Shown: piece after piece, positions 1 through 11,160 of the stretch
Numbering within the stretch: the first letter of the stretch is position 1
Layout: each line of letters begins with the position of its first letter
Origin: Eledone cirrhosa
Taxonomy: Eukaryota
Direction of reading: 5' to 3'
DNA: 64,000 bases
Assembly (NCBI GenBank): GCA_964016885.1
Contig: OZ024741.1
Coordinates: 185,256,001 to 185,320,000 of the forward strand
Made by a program: the position numbers and the translations under genes
The notes under the pieces: generated by a model
What the model saw: only the letters and a program-made list of their open reading frames with translations
Databases searched by the model: none
What the model was told of the DNA's origin: nothing

Positions 1-149
1 ATATCAGTTAGTTCTGTTTAAATTCTAAGTGGATTTATTCACTAAGGCGAAGTGAGCATCGGGTCATTATTAAATTCAAAATGGAAAGGAACGTGTCTAA
101 GTATTGCTAGGTGATAATCTTGAAATGAAGTGTTATTATATATCACCAT

Positions 150-361
150 GGATTGGCAGTATCGGTAGAGAGTTGAACACCGTGCTTTGCAGCATAGAGT
201 TACGGCCCTTTACAATCTGAGTTCAAATATCGCCGAGGTTAACTTTGCCTTTAATCCTTACCGGGTCGATGAAATAAAGCACCATAACGTTCTGGGGTCG
301 ATTTAATGGACTTTCCTTTCCCCCCAAATTACTGGCCTTGTGCCTATACTATATATCATCG
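150..361 (+). mobile_element. tRNA-derived SINE, family A
   Basis: A-box-like GGATTGGCAGTATCGGTAGAG, B-box GAGTTCAAAT, core CCGAGGTTAACTTTGCCTTT..ATCCTTAC..GGTCGAT; flanked by direct repeat TATATCACCAT (139-149, 362-372); about 9 copies or fragments in the window. Confidence 0.85.
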
Positions 362-399
362 TATATCACCATACTAAATACTTTACTAAATAACAAGAC

Positions 400-600
400 T
401 TCGAGAAATCTCTACGAACTCACGCGATGTGTTAGAAAAAGCACCAAAATCTTCCCTGAGTCAATCCCATACCGTTTGAAAATTAATCGGATGTGTTTGT
501 GAGTTCCCTATTCATAGGAAGTATAAGGGATGGTTCCGACTGGAATGAGAATGATAATAAATCGGCTTAATCAGGTTTCACCTAGGACTAAATAACAATA
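400..600 (+). repeat. Old interspersed non-coding repeat; diverged relatives at about 34655-34790, 35820-35945, 62460-62620 (+) and 36170-36370, 48930-49100 (-)
   Basis: Shared degenerate motif chain ..TAGAAA(T)AGCA.C.AAAT...CAC.CT.CCGT.T.AAA...GATGG....CTGGAAT, seen by eye. Confidence 0.45.
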
Positions 601-1107
601 ATTACAATATAAGGAAAGTTTATTTACAAGATAATAAAAAAAAAAACGATATTAAAATCAATAAAACACTTCAACACAAAGAAAATGTGTGAGCAACAAA
701 TAACCGCAATCAAAACAACAACAAATATTATAGAAACTATTAGCGACTTAACCACACACATATATTGACATGTGAACACACGTACTCATCCACACATACA
801 CACATGATAAATTCATACATGAAACAACGTAACAAGATGAACAGCCGATGATCGATGATCGATATACATGAAGTATTTCATGTTTCTTTGAAGCTTTTTT
901 ATTGCATCATAAATCAATGTATAGCATAGTTTGTAATTGGATCAGTCTAACGCAAATAAAAAGTTAATTAAATACATAATTAAATAAATCAATGAAAAAT
1001 AATGAGGTAATTTGCAAACGTAAATCGTGCATTAAATAAAAATCTGGCAAAAACATTTGTAACAAATGAGACACCTCTAGAGGTAAATGAAGTATATATA
1101 TATACAT

Positions 1108-1153
<46 letters not shown>

Positions 1154-1157
<4 letters not shown>

Positions 1158-1347
1158 GAAAATTGCAAACTTGACTGTCACCACACATTATGAACCTGAA
1201 GATTGCGAAAGCATGAAAGTACTTGTTCAATTAACACTTAACATTTAATACTCTATCATACTATTTCATTATAGTACCATTATAAATTCTAAAGGATTGT
1301 AAATAAAACGAGTAAACCATACAAAGTTGGAATTCCTCTTATTAATA
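1154..1347 (+). mobile_element. About 195-bp non-autonomous HHR-bearing element (family H1), in (TA)n
   Basis: Near-identical to both arms of 33042-33430 and to 40575-40778 (-). Confidence 0.85.
1191..1229 (+). ncRNA. Minimal type-I hammerhead ribozyme
   Basis: TGAAC-CTGAAGA-T(TGC GAAA GCA)T-GAAA-GTAC-TT-GTTCA: stem I TGAAC/GTTCA, GNRA-capped stem II, palindromic stem III. Confidence 0.8.
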
Positions 1348-1376
1348 TATATATATATATATATATATATTTACTG

Positions 1377-1503
<127 letters not shown>

Positions 1504-1567
1504 CTGCTATATATATATATAGCAGTAAATAAAGGATTATGAGTTCAAGCAATTGACTTATGTTTCG

Positions 1568-1597
<30 letters not shown>

Positions 1598-1598
<1 letters not shown>

Positions 1599-1805
1599 GG
1601 TAACGCATTGGTCCGGCACACCAAAGATGTGGGTTCGTGTCTCATGTGTGTCAATACTCATCCTTTTTTTCCACTCAGAGGATTTTAAAAAGTCCCAACT
1701 AACAGACTAATTGTATGTAGTCAAATACGGCGTAAGCACATGTTTCTACCTACTTTTTAAATTCACTACCCATTTGTAAACAAAGCCTGTTTTATGTCTC
1801 CCTAT
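1598..1805 (+). mobile_element. tRNA-derived SINE, family C; relatives at 2371-2530 and 31760-31885
   Basis: GGTAACGCATTGG...GTGGGTTCGTGTCTC tRNA-like head followed by GTCAATACTCATC shared with the other copies. Confidence 0.5.
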
Positions 1806-1809
1806 TTAT

Positions 1810-1841
<32 letters not shown>

Positions 1842-2155
1842 ATCTTGGTTGTCCATCGTGAACAATGATGACATCTTTATTTTAGTTCCCGTCTGCGTGG
1901 GCACGAAGGTGGCTGTGGATGCCGATCCTTGACTTGCCGGTCTGAAAAGGGCATGGTCAGCGCACCCCCCCCCTCCATCACAGCACGGCTTTGGGAGTGC
2001 ACACTAAAGAAGAAACCTGTGCAGGAAAGGTTTATAGTGGGAGGGCCAATGCATAGTGATTGTCCCACTCACTCGGCCGCAGAAGCCAGAATCCGGTGGT
2101 GATATATATATATATATATATTTATTATTATGTAATAAACAACATAAGGCAATTA

Positions 2156-2214
2156 TTCCATTTACCAGTGGTTTCTTAAAAGCAAAAGGTTTTGCTTTCA
2201 ATCCTCAGAATGAA
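2156..2214 (-). ncRNA. Type-I hammerhead ribozyme
   Basis: Minus strand TTCATT-CTGAGGA-TTGAAAGCAAAA CC TTTTGCTTTTAA-GAAA-CC ACT GG-TA-AATGGA; long intact stem II. Confidence 0.8.
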
Positions 2215-2293
2215 AAAATGCTCTGTTACCTACATAGAGCACTCTTTTTTCCTGGACTTTTCCGACGGAATTACTTCATTTATATATATATAT

Positions 2294-2458
2294 TAAAGAA
2301 ATTATTTAGCCTGATAGTGGGGTTAAGAACCCTCGGAGAAAAATGGAAAAAGATGCGTATTGACGTACATGGGAGTCGACTCCCATTTACGAAAATACTC
2401 ATCTTTTTCCATTGATAGTGGGTTCTTAAACCCACTATCAGGCTAAATAATTTCTTTA
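2294..2458. repeat. Imperfect palindrome (fold-back of a family C SINE)
   Basis: TAAAGAAATTATTTAGCCTGATAGTGGG ... CCCACTATCAGGCTAAATAATTTCTTTA, centred on GGGAGTCGACTCCC. Confidence 0.8.
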
Positions 2459-2742
2459 GTCGAAATATGGCGATAGCTTACATTTCTAATAATTTCAAAC
2501 CCACTCGCTGTTTCGAAAATATTCTTACACATATATATATATATATTTATTAAAATATATATATATTTATATTTATATATATATATTTATATTTAAATCT
2601 ATATAGTTATTAAAATATATTTATTAAAAAATCTGTTATTTTAATAAATATTTGCTCTACGGTTCTTATATATTTGATACATATTTATCCTTATCGAGCT
2701 CTCTTTGGATTTTAGTCTTTAAATTTATTATTATTACTATAT

Positions 2743-2855
<113 letters not shown>

Positions 2856-3949
2856 CATATAAATACATATACATATATATATACATATATACATACATAT
2901 ATACATATGTATATATACATATATACATATACATATATATACATATACATACATATATATACATATACATATATATATACATATACATATATATATATAG
3001 AAAAAGAGAGAAGGAGAGGAGGAGGGAAAGATTACTTGGACAGGTAACAGTCGGTTTCGTATATGAATGTATGATTAGGCATAACTTGTTAAAATAACAC
3101 CTGAGACCCATTCACTCTACATCATCAAGGGCCTTGTGCAATATAGCGGCTCGTTAAAGTTCAATTATATGCCTACAATAGCGAAATTTACTCCCTGTCA
3201 ATCTTTGGTTTTGTTCCTTCACATCAATATTTAAGAAATGTAAATTATATGTGTATAGGTATGACTATAATGTTAGAATATGTACATGAATATGGCTATA
3301 ATATATTTGGTCTTTAAAATCAGATCATTTAAATTGGCATATCGGTTATATATATTACATGGATATGCACACCAGTGTATCATCACGCTGGAAGAAAGGG
3401 TGTGGAATAGGAAAACCGTTGTGTTGAAGGGTCTAGCAGTTTTGCAGGTTCAGTTTTTATTCGAGAAGTGTATATGGTATTGAAGCGAATGAATTGCGTC
3501 TACCCAAAATCAGATATTTTTCAGAGTAATTGACCGTGCCAAATCCCCGTGCCAATTTTAAAACCTTAACAAATGGAGGAAGAGTTTGATATTTAGGTAC
3601 AAAACAAAAAATATAATATCAAACTTAATTCCAGTATGTTTGAGTAGTATTCATCCTAATGTTAATGTTAATATATCTTAATAGTTTCTAACAAGTTAGC
3701 CCTTATTCAATCCTATAATTGTTTAACAACCTACACGTGGGGTTATTTACTAAATCGGCTTGCTCATCACTCAAATTTATTAATGCCTCCCATTTAGACA
3801 GGTGCTGGGCTCTCTTAATTATATTGATGCATTTCGTAATTGATTTAACTCCATCGTTATTAGAGATTTAATTACCTATTCGAGTTTTTAAATGCTTAAT
3901 CGTGATATTGTTCAGTAGTAACAGGTTACACAAATCATTATTTACTTCA

Positions 3950-4166
3950 TATGATTCTAGTATAGGCACAAGACCAGCAATTTGGGTGAGGGGAAAGTCG
4001 ATTAAATCGACCCCAGTACGTTACCCGTGCTTTATTTTATCGACCAGGTAAGGATGAAAGGCAAAGTTAACCTCGGCGGGATTTGAACTCAAACCGTAAA
4101 GGATCGTAACTCTATGCTGCAAAGCATGGTTTCCGACTCTACCGATACTGCCAATCCACCGCCCTA
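3950..4166 (-). mobile_element. tRNA-derived SINE, family A
   Basis: Reverse complement of the full family A sequence. Confidence 0.85.
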
Positions 4167-4169
4167 TAT

Positions 4170-4356
4170 TGTGGATTGGCAGTATCGGTAGAGGGTTGGA
4201 TGCCATACTTTGCAGAATGGAGTTACGGCCCTTTATTGTCTGGGTTCAAATCACGCCGATGTTAAATTTGCTTTTCATCTTTACGGGGTCGATAAAATGA
4301 AGCATCAGTAATATACTGGGAAAATTACTGTAAACAATTATTTATTACTGTAAACA
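4170..4356 (+). mobile_element. tRNA-derived SINE, family A, head-to-head with the preceding copy
   Basis: GTGGATTGGCAGTATCGGTAGAG...GGGTTCAAATC...GGGGTCGATAAAAT. Confidence 0.85.
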
Positions 4357-4889
4357 ATTATTTACTTCAGATAAATTGTAGGTCGTACCGAGGAAGAAAG
4401 GAAACGTTAGTAGATGGCTGAAACTGTGTGATGCCATATGTAAGCCAATTTTGGAATTAACGACTATATTTATGGACTTTCACGTTGCTAATCATTTCAC
4501 GTAAGTTAGATTCAAAAGTCACTAAATTCTTAAAACAGTTGGGTGTATTCAAGTGTTGTAACTCTGCTAGTAATATTGCTCACAAAACTAAATATTTTGC
4601 AACGCATAGACCATGATACGTCCCGCATCTTTCCAAGCTGTAGTTTGTAGTAGTGATTCTTCAGACGTTTTGGCATGTTTTGGATAGAATAATCGATGAC
4701 GGGCAGTTTCATTGTGAGGTTGGATTTAATTGTATCAGTACCGAGCACAACTTATTTGGTTAATCAGCGTCAATCGTCCAATGGTATGCATGGAATTGCG
4801 ACAATAAATTCAAGACAAGATGCTTTTATCTGTGTTTCGTTATATATTCAACAACTGGTAACAGAACGCTATTCCTGATAGTTATATTG

Positions 4890-6352
4890 CATGTATGTAT
4901 GTATGTATGTATGTTCTGGTTTTATAATTTCACAAATTTGTTACCAATAGAGAGAGAGAGTCGGTTTCTAACATAGACACAAGACTCTCTTATTGGAATT
5001 CACACAACATCAACTAGGTAGATATGTATGTATGCATGCATGTGTAGATATGGATGTTATTGTACGTGTAGATGTGTATGTTTTGAGTTGTATGTGTGCA
5101 TGTGTATATGCTTTGAATCTGTACATGTGTATATGCAATATTTTTGGAATGTTTTACATATTTTTACTTTTCCATTAATGGTTTGTACTTGAAATTTCCT
5201 AACTAGTTGTGTTCTTTCTGTTCCTGTGAAGCCCAGCTTCTCAAGATTTATATTTGGGCAGTTACTAACATACCCCAGTGCCCCAATAATCATAGGCATA
5301 AATCTGAAGGTGTAATCAGATTTCTCATTAGTTCTGCATAAATATTCTCCTTTTGGCTAATCATTGATATTATATTGGCATCTGCTGGGCAGCTAATTTC
5401 CACTACTGTGCATGCTTTCTTCTCCCTGTCCCATATCATAATATCTGGTCTGTTATGCCTGTATTTTATTGGGCTTTTTACTGGAACATTCCACCAGTAC
5501 TCTTTCATATTATGTACATGGATGTCTTCCACATTGCTGTAGCATTTAATGTGTTAATTGTTGGGGCTATCTTTTCTACGGATTGCATTGTACAGTGTTT
5601 TGGCCACTATATCATGCCTCATAGGTAGATAGTACCGCGATGGCATCTTTGGACAGCTGCTGATGCCATCGGTGATATCTTCGATGTTAGTTCCGCAGAG
5701 TCTGCACTTGTTATCACATCTAGGTGTTTTGCCTGCATGCCTATCTATTTTGCGAATCAGGTATTTCGTTTTAATTTCCTGTTCTTGGATTGCAAAAGCG
5801 TATCCTTCAAAGTGGGAGCCAATATAGCGGTTATTGGTCCAAGACTACTTTCCTTATCTATATTACTCTCACTCTGGAGTTTCCTGGCAACATATCCATG
5901 CATGATTTTTTGATGATAAGCATAGAGTTTTTCATCCATGGATTCACTGCGATACTGCTGAGCGACTTCCCTGGGTATGAGTTTTGATTACCACACAGGG
6001 AATAGCTCTCGAGGAGTTCCTTACCAACTCTCATGATCGTATCATGTTTCATGCAGATAGACTTGCGCGAGAGACGGGCTCCTACGCTTCGAAGTTCGTA
6101 GATGTTGACGGAGGGATATGATGCGACATTCAAATGCTGTCTGGACTGATGTTAGGCCTCTGCCTCCCTGCTTACGTTTCAAGTAAAAGCGGTCTATGTC
6201 ACTGTTGATGTGGACGTTTCCGGTGTTGTTTAGTATTTTTCGAGCTTCAACATCAACTGCTCGGATTTCGTCTATCGTCCAATTGAGTATTCCAAACGTT
6301 GGTGTTAGGACAGGTACAGCAAACACATTGTGAGCCACTGTTTTGTATGTAT
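4890..6352 (-). mobile_element. 5'-truncated, frameshifted R4/Dong-like non-LTR retrotransposon (RT C-terminus, Cys knuckle, restriction-like endonuclease, 3'UTR)
   Basis: Fragments FAVPVLTPTFGILNWT, DRFYLKRKQGGRGL, AIQEQEI, CRLC, RHDIVAK, HNRPDIMIWD..VVEISCP; 3'UTR ends in (ACAT)n. Confidence 0.85.
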
Positions 6353-6499
6353 GAAATGAAATGAACAACATTTACAACAGCAACTGACGGAAAAAAAATA
6401 ACACACACATCAACTGCCACCACCCTCACCACCACCATCCACCGCCAATATCACCATCACCATCATCAGCGATCGGGCCTTAAGAAAACAACAACTTTA

Positions 6500-6652
6500 A
6501 TAATAATTTTTCTGCTTTTGGCACGGAGCCAGCAATTTTCCCAGTGCATTACTAGTGCTCTTTTTGTTGACTCCGTGGGGATGAAAGGCAAGGTTGACCT
6601 CGGCGGGATTTGAGCTCGGAGCGTGGAGGGCCATAGCTCTATGCTGTAAAGC
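6500..6652 (-). mobile_element. Diverged family A SINE
   Basis: GATGAAAGGCAAGGTTGACCTCGGCGGGATTTGAGCTC on + strand. Confidence 0.75.
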
Positions 6653-6769
6653 AATTATAATAATACAGAACAGTAACACGAACGGCTTCAATTATACGAA
6701 CGCTTTCGAAAGTCAACAGTTGACATAATCTTGTATCAGTGATGACGGTAATATATTTATATATATACA

Positions 6770-6831
<62 letters not shown>

Positions 6832-7050
6832 GGGGTAACAAATTATTGTTATAGGTAGTCCACTTAGGTGAAGTCCAGTTATGGTACTCCGGGTAGTGGA
6901 TGATATCAACGCTTGGCTAAGTTTGACTCAACAAGGCGTTTCCATAGTGATGTTGCGAGTACGCTGTAATTCCTATGTTGTAAACACTTGGAGTAATGAT
7001 AAAGCAGGAAAGAAGAGTGTCACGGTTTGCTATACAAAAAAGGTTTTTAA

Positions 7051-7170
7051 TCTCATTGCTGACAATTGTTTCTCTGAACTGGTAGGTCTAGAGATCGCTA
7101 CCCGCCTGTTTTCACGTTATTCGATCACCAATACAAAGTTATAACCAGTCAATTCATCGGAGCTTGTGAG
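7051..7170 (-). ncRNA. Hammerhead ribozyme with U4C core change and long stem II, in a probable PLE 3' end (about 6830-7620)
   Basis: Minus strand CTCACAAGCT-CCGATGA-ATTGACTGGT...ACCAGTTCAGA-GAAA-CAATTG-TC-AGCAATGAG. Confidence 0.65.
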
Positions 7171-7638
7171 AATGAAAAGAATATTCAGGCATATATATAG
7201 TAGTAATGGCATTCAATCAGAACAATAACAACAATACTAACAATGCTAGCAATAAATTATTTGAAATAATCACATCAATCTAGGTGGGAAGTATAGTATA
7301 TCTACGATTTTAGCGTGTAAAACTAACTGACATGAGGCAGATGTATAAAATTGACATGTAAAAGCTGTCATGGGGTGTATTTTATATAGTGTAAAGATAA
7401 GCCGGTGGCTTTAATCAATGTAGGTTTGCTGGCCGTAAGAATCATTTATTATCTGACAGATGAAGAATTTACACTGTAGTAAGGATAGTAATATTTGTGT
7501 GGTCTATATTAGATGAAAGGGTTGTCTATCTTTCTCATTATCAATAACATATATGTATAAGACAACATTAACAGAGTAGCAATATAATAGGCAAGTTAAT
7601 ACAGAGTTTAAGGAGGCAATATATATATATAAATACAT

Positions 7639-7711
<73 letters not shown>

Positions 7712-7713
<2 letters not shown>

Positions 7714-7930
7714 AACGATCGACTTTCGTCAAATCGGACCGAGGGAACAATGTTTCCGTTGGTCTTTCCAATTGCTAATACTATCTATCGGTCGCAACTC
7801 CAGGTAGAAGGATCAACGTGAAATAAAGTGTCTTGCTCAAGGACATAACGCATCGCCTGGTCCAGGAATCGAACTCACAACCTTACGATTGCGAATCCAA
7901 TTCTCTAACGACTCAGCCACACGCCTTCAC
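7712..7930 (-). mobile_element. tRNA-derived SINE with CORE-like domain (family B); relatives at about 34850-35125 and 48150-48430
   Basis: Minus strand GGCGTGTGGCTGAGTCGTTAGAG...GAGTTCGATTCC...TGTCCTTGAGCAAGACACTTTATTTCAC. Confidence 0.75.
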
Positions 7931-7934
7931 ATAT

Positions 7935-8256
7935 ACATACATATAAAGAGAAAACAGGAGGAAGGTAAAGTTCTGCTGTAGTAATATTTTGAAATGTTCT
8001 TGGATTGAAATGTTCATGTGTTGACAGCAGCTGAGGAGAGATATATTTATTGGTTGATAAGGTACTTACAGACATTAGTGTGGTATAGAACTAAGAAGGC
8101 TAGAATGTACTTAATGATTATATTTCTGTGGTGGTTCGTGCAGTGTAGTGGGTATCCTAAGTTGAAAGCTAAGTTACGTCGGTTCGATTCACGGAGGTTT
8201 AAATCTTGTGAATTTAGTGGCGATCCTATGTCTGCAGAAGATTGATCTTTCTAACT
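7935..8256 (-). mobile_element. 3' fragment of a Naiad-like PLE
   Basis: Minus strand reads LERSIFCRHRIATKFTRFKPP*, matching the C-terminus IERSIYCNHRLKEKFSHYK of ORF 63426-63833. Confidence 0.55.
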
Positions 8257-8317
8257 TATATATATGTATATATACAATGATATTAAATAAATGGAAACTA
8301 TATTTATAAAACCATAT

Positions 8318-8380
8318 TTATTCAATTATATATATTTCAAGGGTACCAAAATTTTGGTACGCTATCATCAGATAAAATAC
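8318..8380 (-). ncRNA. Hammerhead ribozyme in PLE pseudo-LTR
   Basis: Minus strand TATTTTAT-CTGATGA-TAGC GTACCAAAA TTTTGGTAC CCTT-GAAA-TATATA-TA-ATTGAATA; stem I partly decayed. Confidence 0.7.
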
Positions 8381-8930
8381 AAAATGTTTTATAAATATTT
8401 GACATAACCAAGGATACTATACCTTAACGGTTCAAGTTATCCCTGGAAAGTGAAGGGAAGAGAAAAACCGATATTTAAAATTATTAATATGAGTATGCAA
8501 ATGAGGTTTATGTTAAAGGGCTGAAAAAACGTTATTTTAGACCAGCGTTTCTCAACCTTTTTACCTTTGCGTAACCCTTAAAATAAATTACATGTCTCAA
8601 GGAATCCCTGCGCAAAATCAAAATTATATACCATATCTTTCTCATTTTATTTTCATCGTAGTTCACGGGGTAAATATCATAGTATATATTTTTGAATAAC
8701 TGGTTTAAGGAAAAATTAATACTTCTTTGTCTAATTTTTCGGTAATGTTAAATAAAATTCATACTGTTCGTTTATAATACTTCATCATGGAGTTTTCATT
8801 CACACAAAAAAAATTCTAAACTCAAACGTAAAAAAATAAACATAAGTAACCAATATCATATACCTATAATATAAATGTAAACAGAACGAAAACAGATATT
8901 TGCTGCATCAGTTTATTATTTATTTATCCT

Positions 8931-9120
8931 AAAGGGCGGTGGATTGGCAGTATCGGTAGAGGGTTGGACGCTATGCTTTGACGCATGGAGTTACGGCCCT
9001 TGCCAATCTGAGTTCAAATCCAGCCGAGGTTAACTTTGCCTTTCATCCTTACGGGGTCGATAAAATAAAGTACCAGTAATGCACTGGATATTTGCTGGCC
9101 TTGTGCCCAAAGTAGAAACA
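8931..9120 (+). mobile_element. Full-length family A SINE inserted into the hAT
   Basis: 16-bp TSD ATTATTTATTTATCCT at 8915-8930 and 9121-9136. Confidence 0.9.
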
Positions 9121-9249
9121 ATTATTTATTTATCCTTTACTGGCAATGTTGAAAAGACAAGGTAAATCAAGGCAAAAAGTCCTGTAAACCAATAAATGGG
9201 CCAAGAAAATGTTACTTTCAGAGCCATTTGATAAAGTGAAACTTGCTTC

Positions 9250-11160
9250 TCTAATGTGAAACCTGTGCCTGACTTTTGCTACACAAATACTTAATTCGAG
9301 GTCGAACTTTAGATAAACACACACGGATTTTATTCTCAATTGAGAGGAGACGATTTCTGTCTTTGCTCTTGATACTTGTTAAATAAGAAAAGGCTTGCTC
9401 ACACATTTAAGACGTTGAAAACTGCAACAATATATTAATTGCTTTCCTATCAATAGTAGGAAACTCTTCTTTCACAGAAATCGAAAACTTGTCCAGAGAT
9501 AGGTCTGTAAATCCTATCTTGAGTGTACGATCACACTGCAGCTCACAAAGTTCTTCCTCTTCTTTTAATGTAAGATTCTCAGGATGACCAGCATATTCAT
9601 AGTATGGATCCCGCACCCAATCATACACCTGTGTTGAAAGGGAAGGAAAATAATGTTCAATTCTGATATACAGTTCCTCCAGATGGGATTCAATAAGACT
9701 TGAAGTTTTCTGATATCCCTCTTCACTTTTAAGCCCCAGAAGTAGCGGAAACATCTCAAGATTTCCTTTTGCAACATGGTTCTTCCACAAATTCACTTTT
9801 CTTTTAAATGCAAGAATTTTATCACTTGAAGTTAGTATATTTTATCTGGGGCCTTGCAGTGACTTGTTCAGTTGATTCATGTGATGAAAAATGTCTGCTA
9901 AGTAGCTTAGCCTCTGCAAGGAAATGTTCATCTTCAAAGCACTTAGCAAAATCTTGCTTATTGGTTTCTTGAAAGTATTTCTGCAACTCATCTTTCAGCT
10001 CAAACACCCTATTTAGAACTCTTCCTCTACTCAGCCACCGGATTTCCGTATGTAGCAATAGATTTATGTGTTCTTTGTCCAGCTTTTCACACAGTCTTTT
10101 AAACATTCTGGAGTGAACTGGTCTTTGTTTAATAAAGTTGACCATTTTTGTAACATCATCAAAACCATTTTTCAGTTCATCTTCAAGTGATTTTGAAATC
10201 AATACCTCTCTGTGAAGAAAGCAGTGTGTTGAGATTATATCAGGATATTCTTTTTTTAAAAGAGAAGCAAAACCTTTTATGGAGCCAAACATTAATGGAG
10301 CACCATCAGTACAGATGCCAACACAATTCTTCCAGGAGAGACCTCTTGTTTCCAGATATGAGGACAACATTTTGAATACATCTATTCCTTTGCTGGTCTC
10401 AGGCAGTTCTTTGCAAAATAGGAAATTTTCTTGAATTTCACCCTCATTGACAAATCTTACAAAAGCTACAACATGGCATTTAATTGTAAGATCTGTTGAT
10501 CATCAACCTGAATAAAAAAAACTGCTATTTTTCAATTTGTCACACAAAACCTCTTCACTGTCATGTGTCATATCATCAATACGTCGACTTATTGTACTGT
10601 TTGAAAGTGGAACATTTTCAATTTCTTGTACTGCATTTTGTCCAAGCATTTTACCGACTATAATTTTAAAAGCTGGCAATATTAGGTTCTCACCAACTGT
10701 GTGACTTTTCCTTTTCTGTGCAATAATTTCTGCTACCAAATAACTTGCTTCAAGAGCCTTTTCACTTACACTAACTTTACTCAAAAAAGCTGTACTCTGT
10801 TTTTTTTCTGAGATTCCAACAGCCTTTTAACATAATCTGCACTTTTATTTTTCATATGACTGTGATTTATTGTGAAGTGTCTTTTCAGTTTAGCTGGAGC
10901 CATTGCTGCATTTAAAAGTCGTTTGTCACAGACGACACACAATGGAATAGGACAGCTTGGGTCACCGGTCCATGTGAAGCCCATTGATAAATAACTTTCA
11001 TCGTAAAGACAGATCTTCTTTCTGCCCGTTGTTGAACTACTAGTGCAGTGGAATTGGTCAGGAGCTTGTGGCTCTTCATCACTAGTCTCATGAGCTTGTG
11101 GTTCTTCATCACTAACCTCAGAATTTTCGGAACGTTTCCTCTTCAAATATCGCCACATTG
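9250..11160 (-). pseudogene. Frameshifted Buster-type hAT transposase (ZBED5/SCAND3-like family)
   Basis: YLSMGFT..PLCVVC..KLKRHFTINH; ALEASY..HTVGENLILPA; CTDGAP; HCFLHRE; EIRWLSRG; LLQFSTS, spread over four ORF pieces. Confidence 0.92.

Noticed and set aside
150-361. Genuine tRNA genes at SINE heads
   Set aside because: No complete cloverleaf; the heads continue into SINE core and tail with TSDs
3040-3135. TTGATGA...GAAACCGACTG on minus, near a possible old PLE remnant (3000-3600)
   Set aside because: Stem I does not pair and the protein similarity is too weak to call
4615-4670. Minus-strand CTGAAGA...GAAA with ACGT/ACGT flanks
   Set aside because: Stem II cannot pair and there is no UH site
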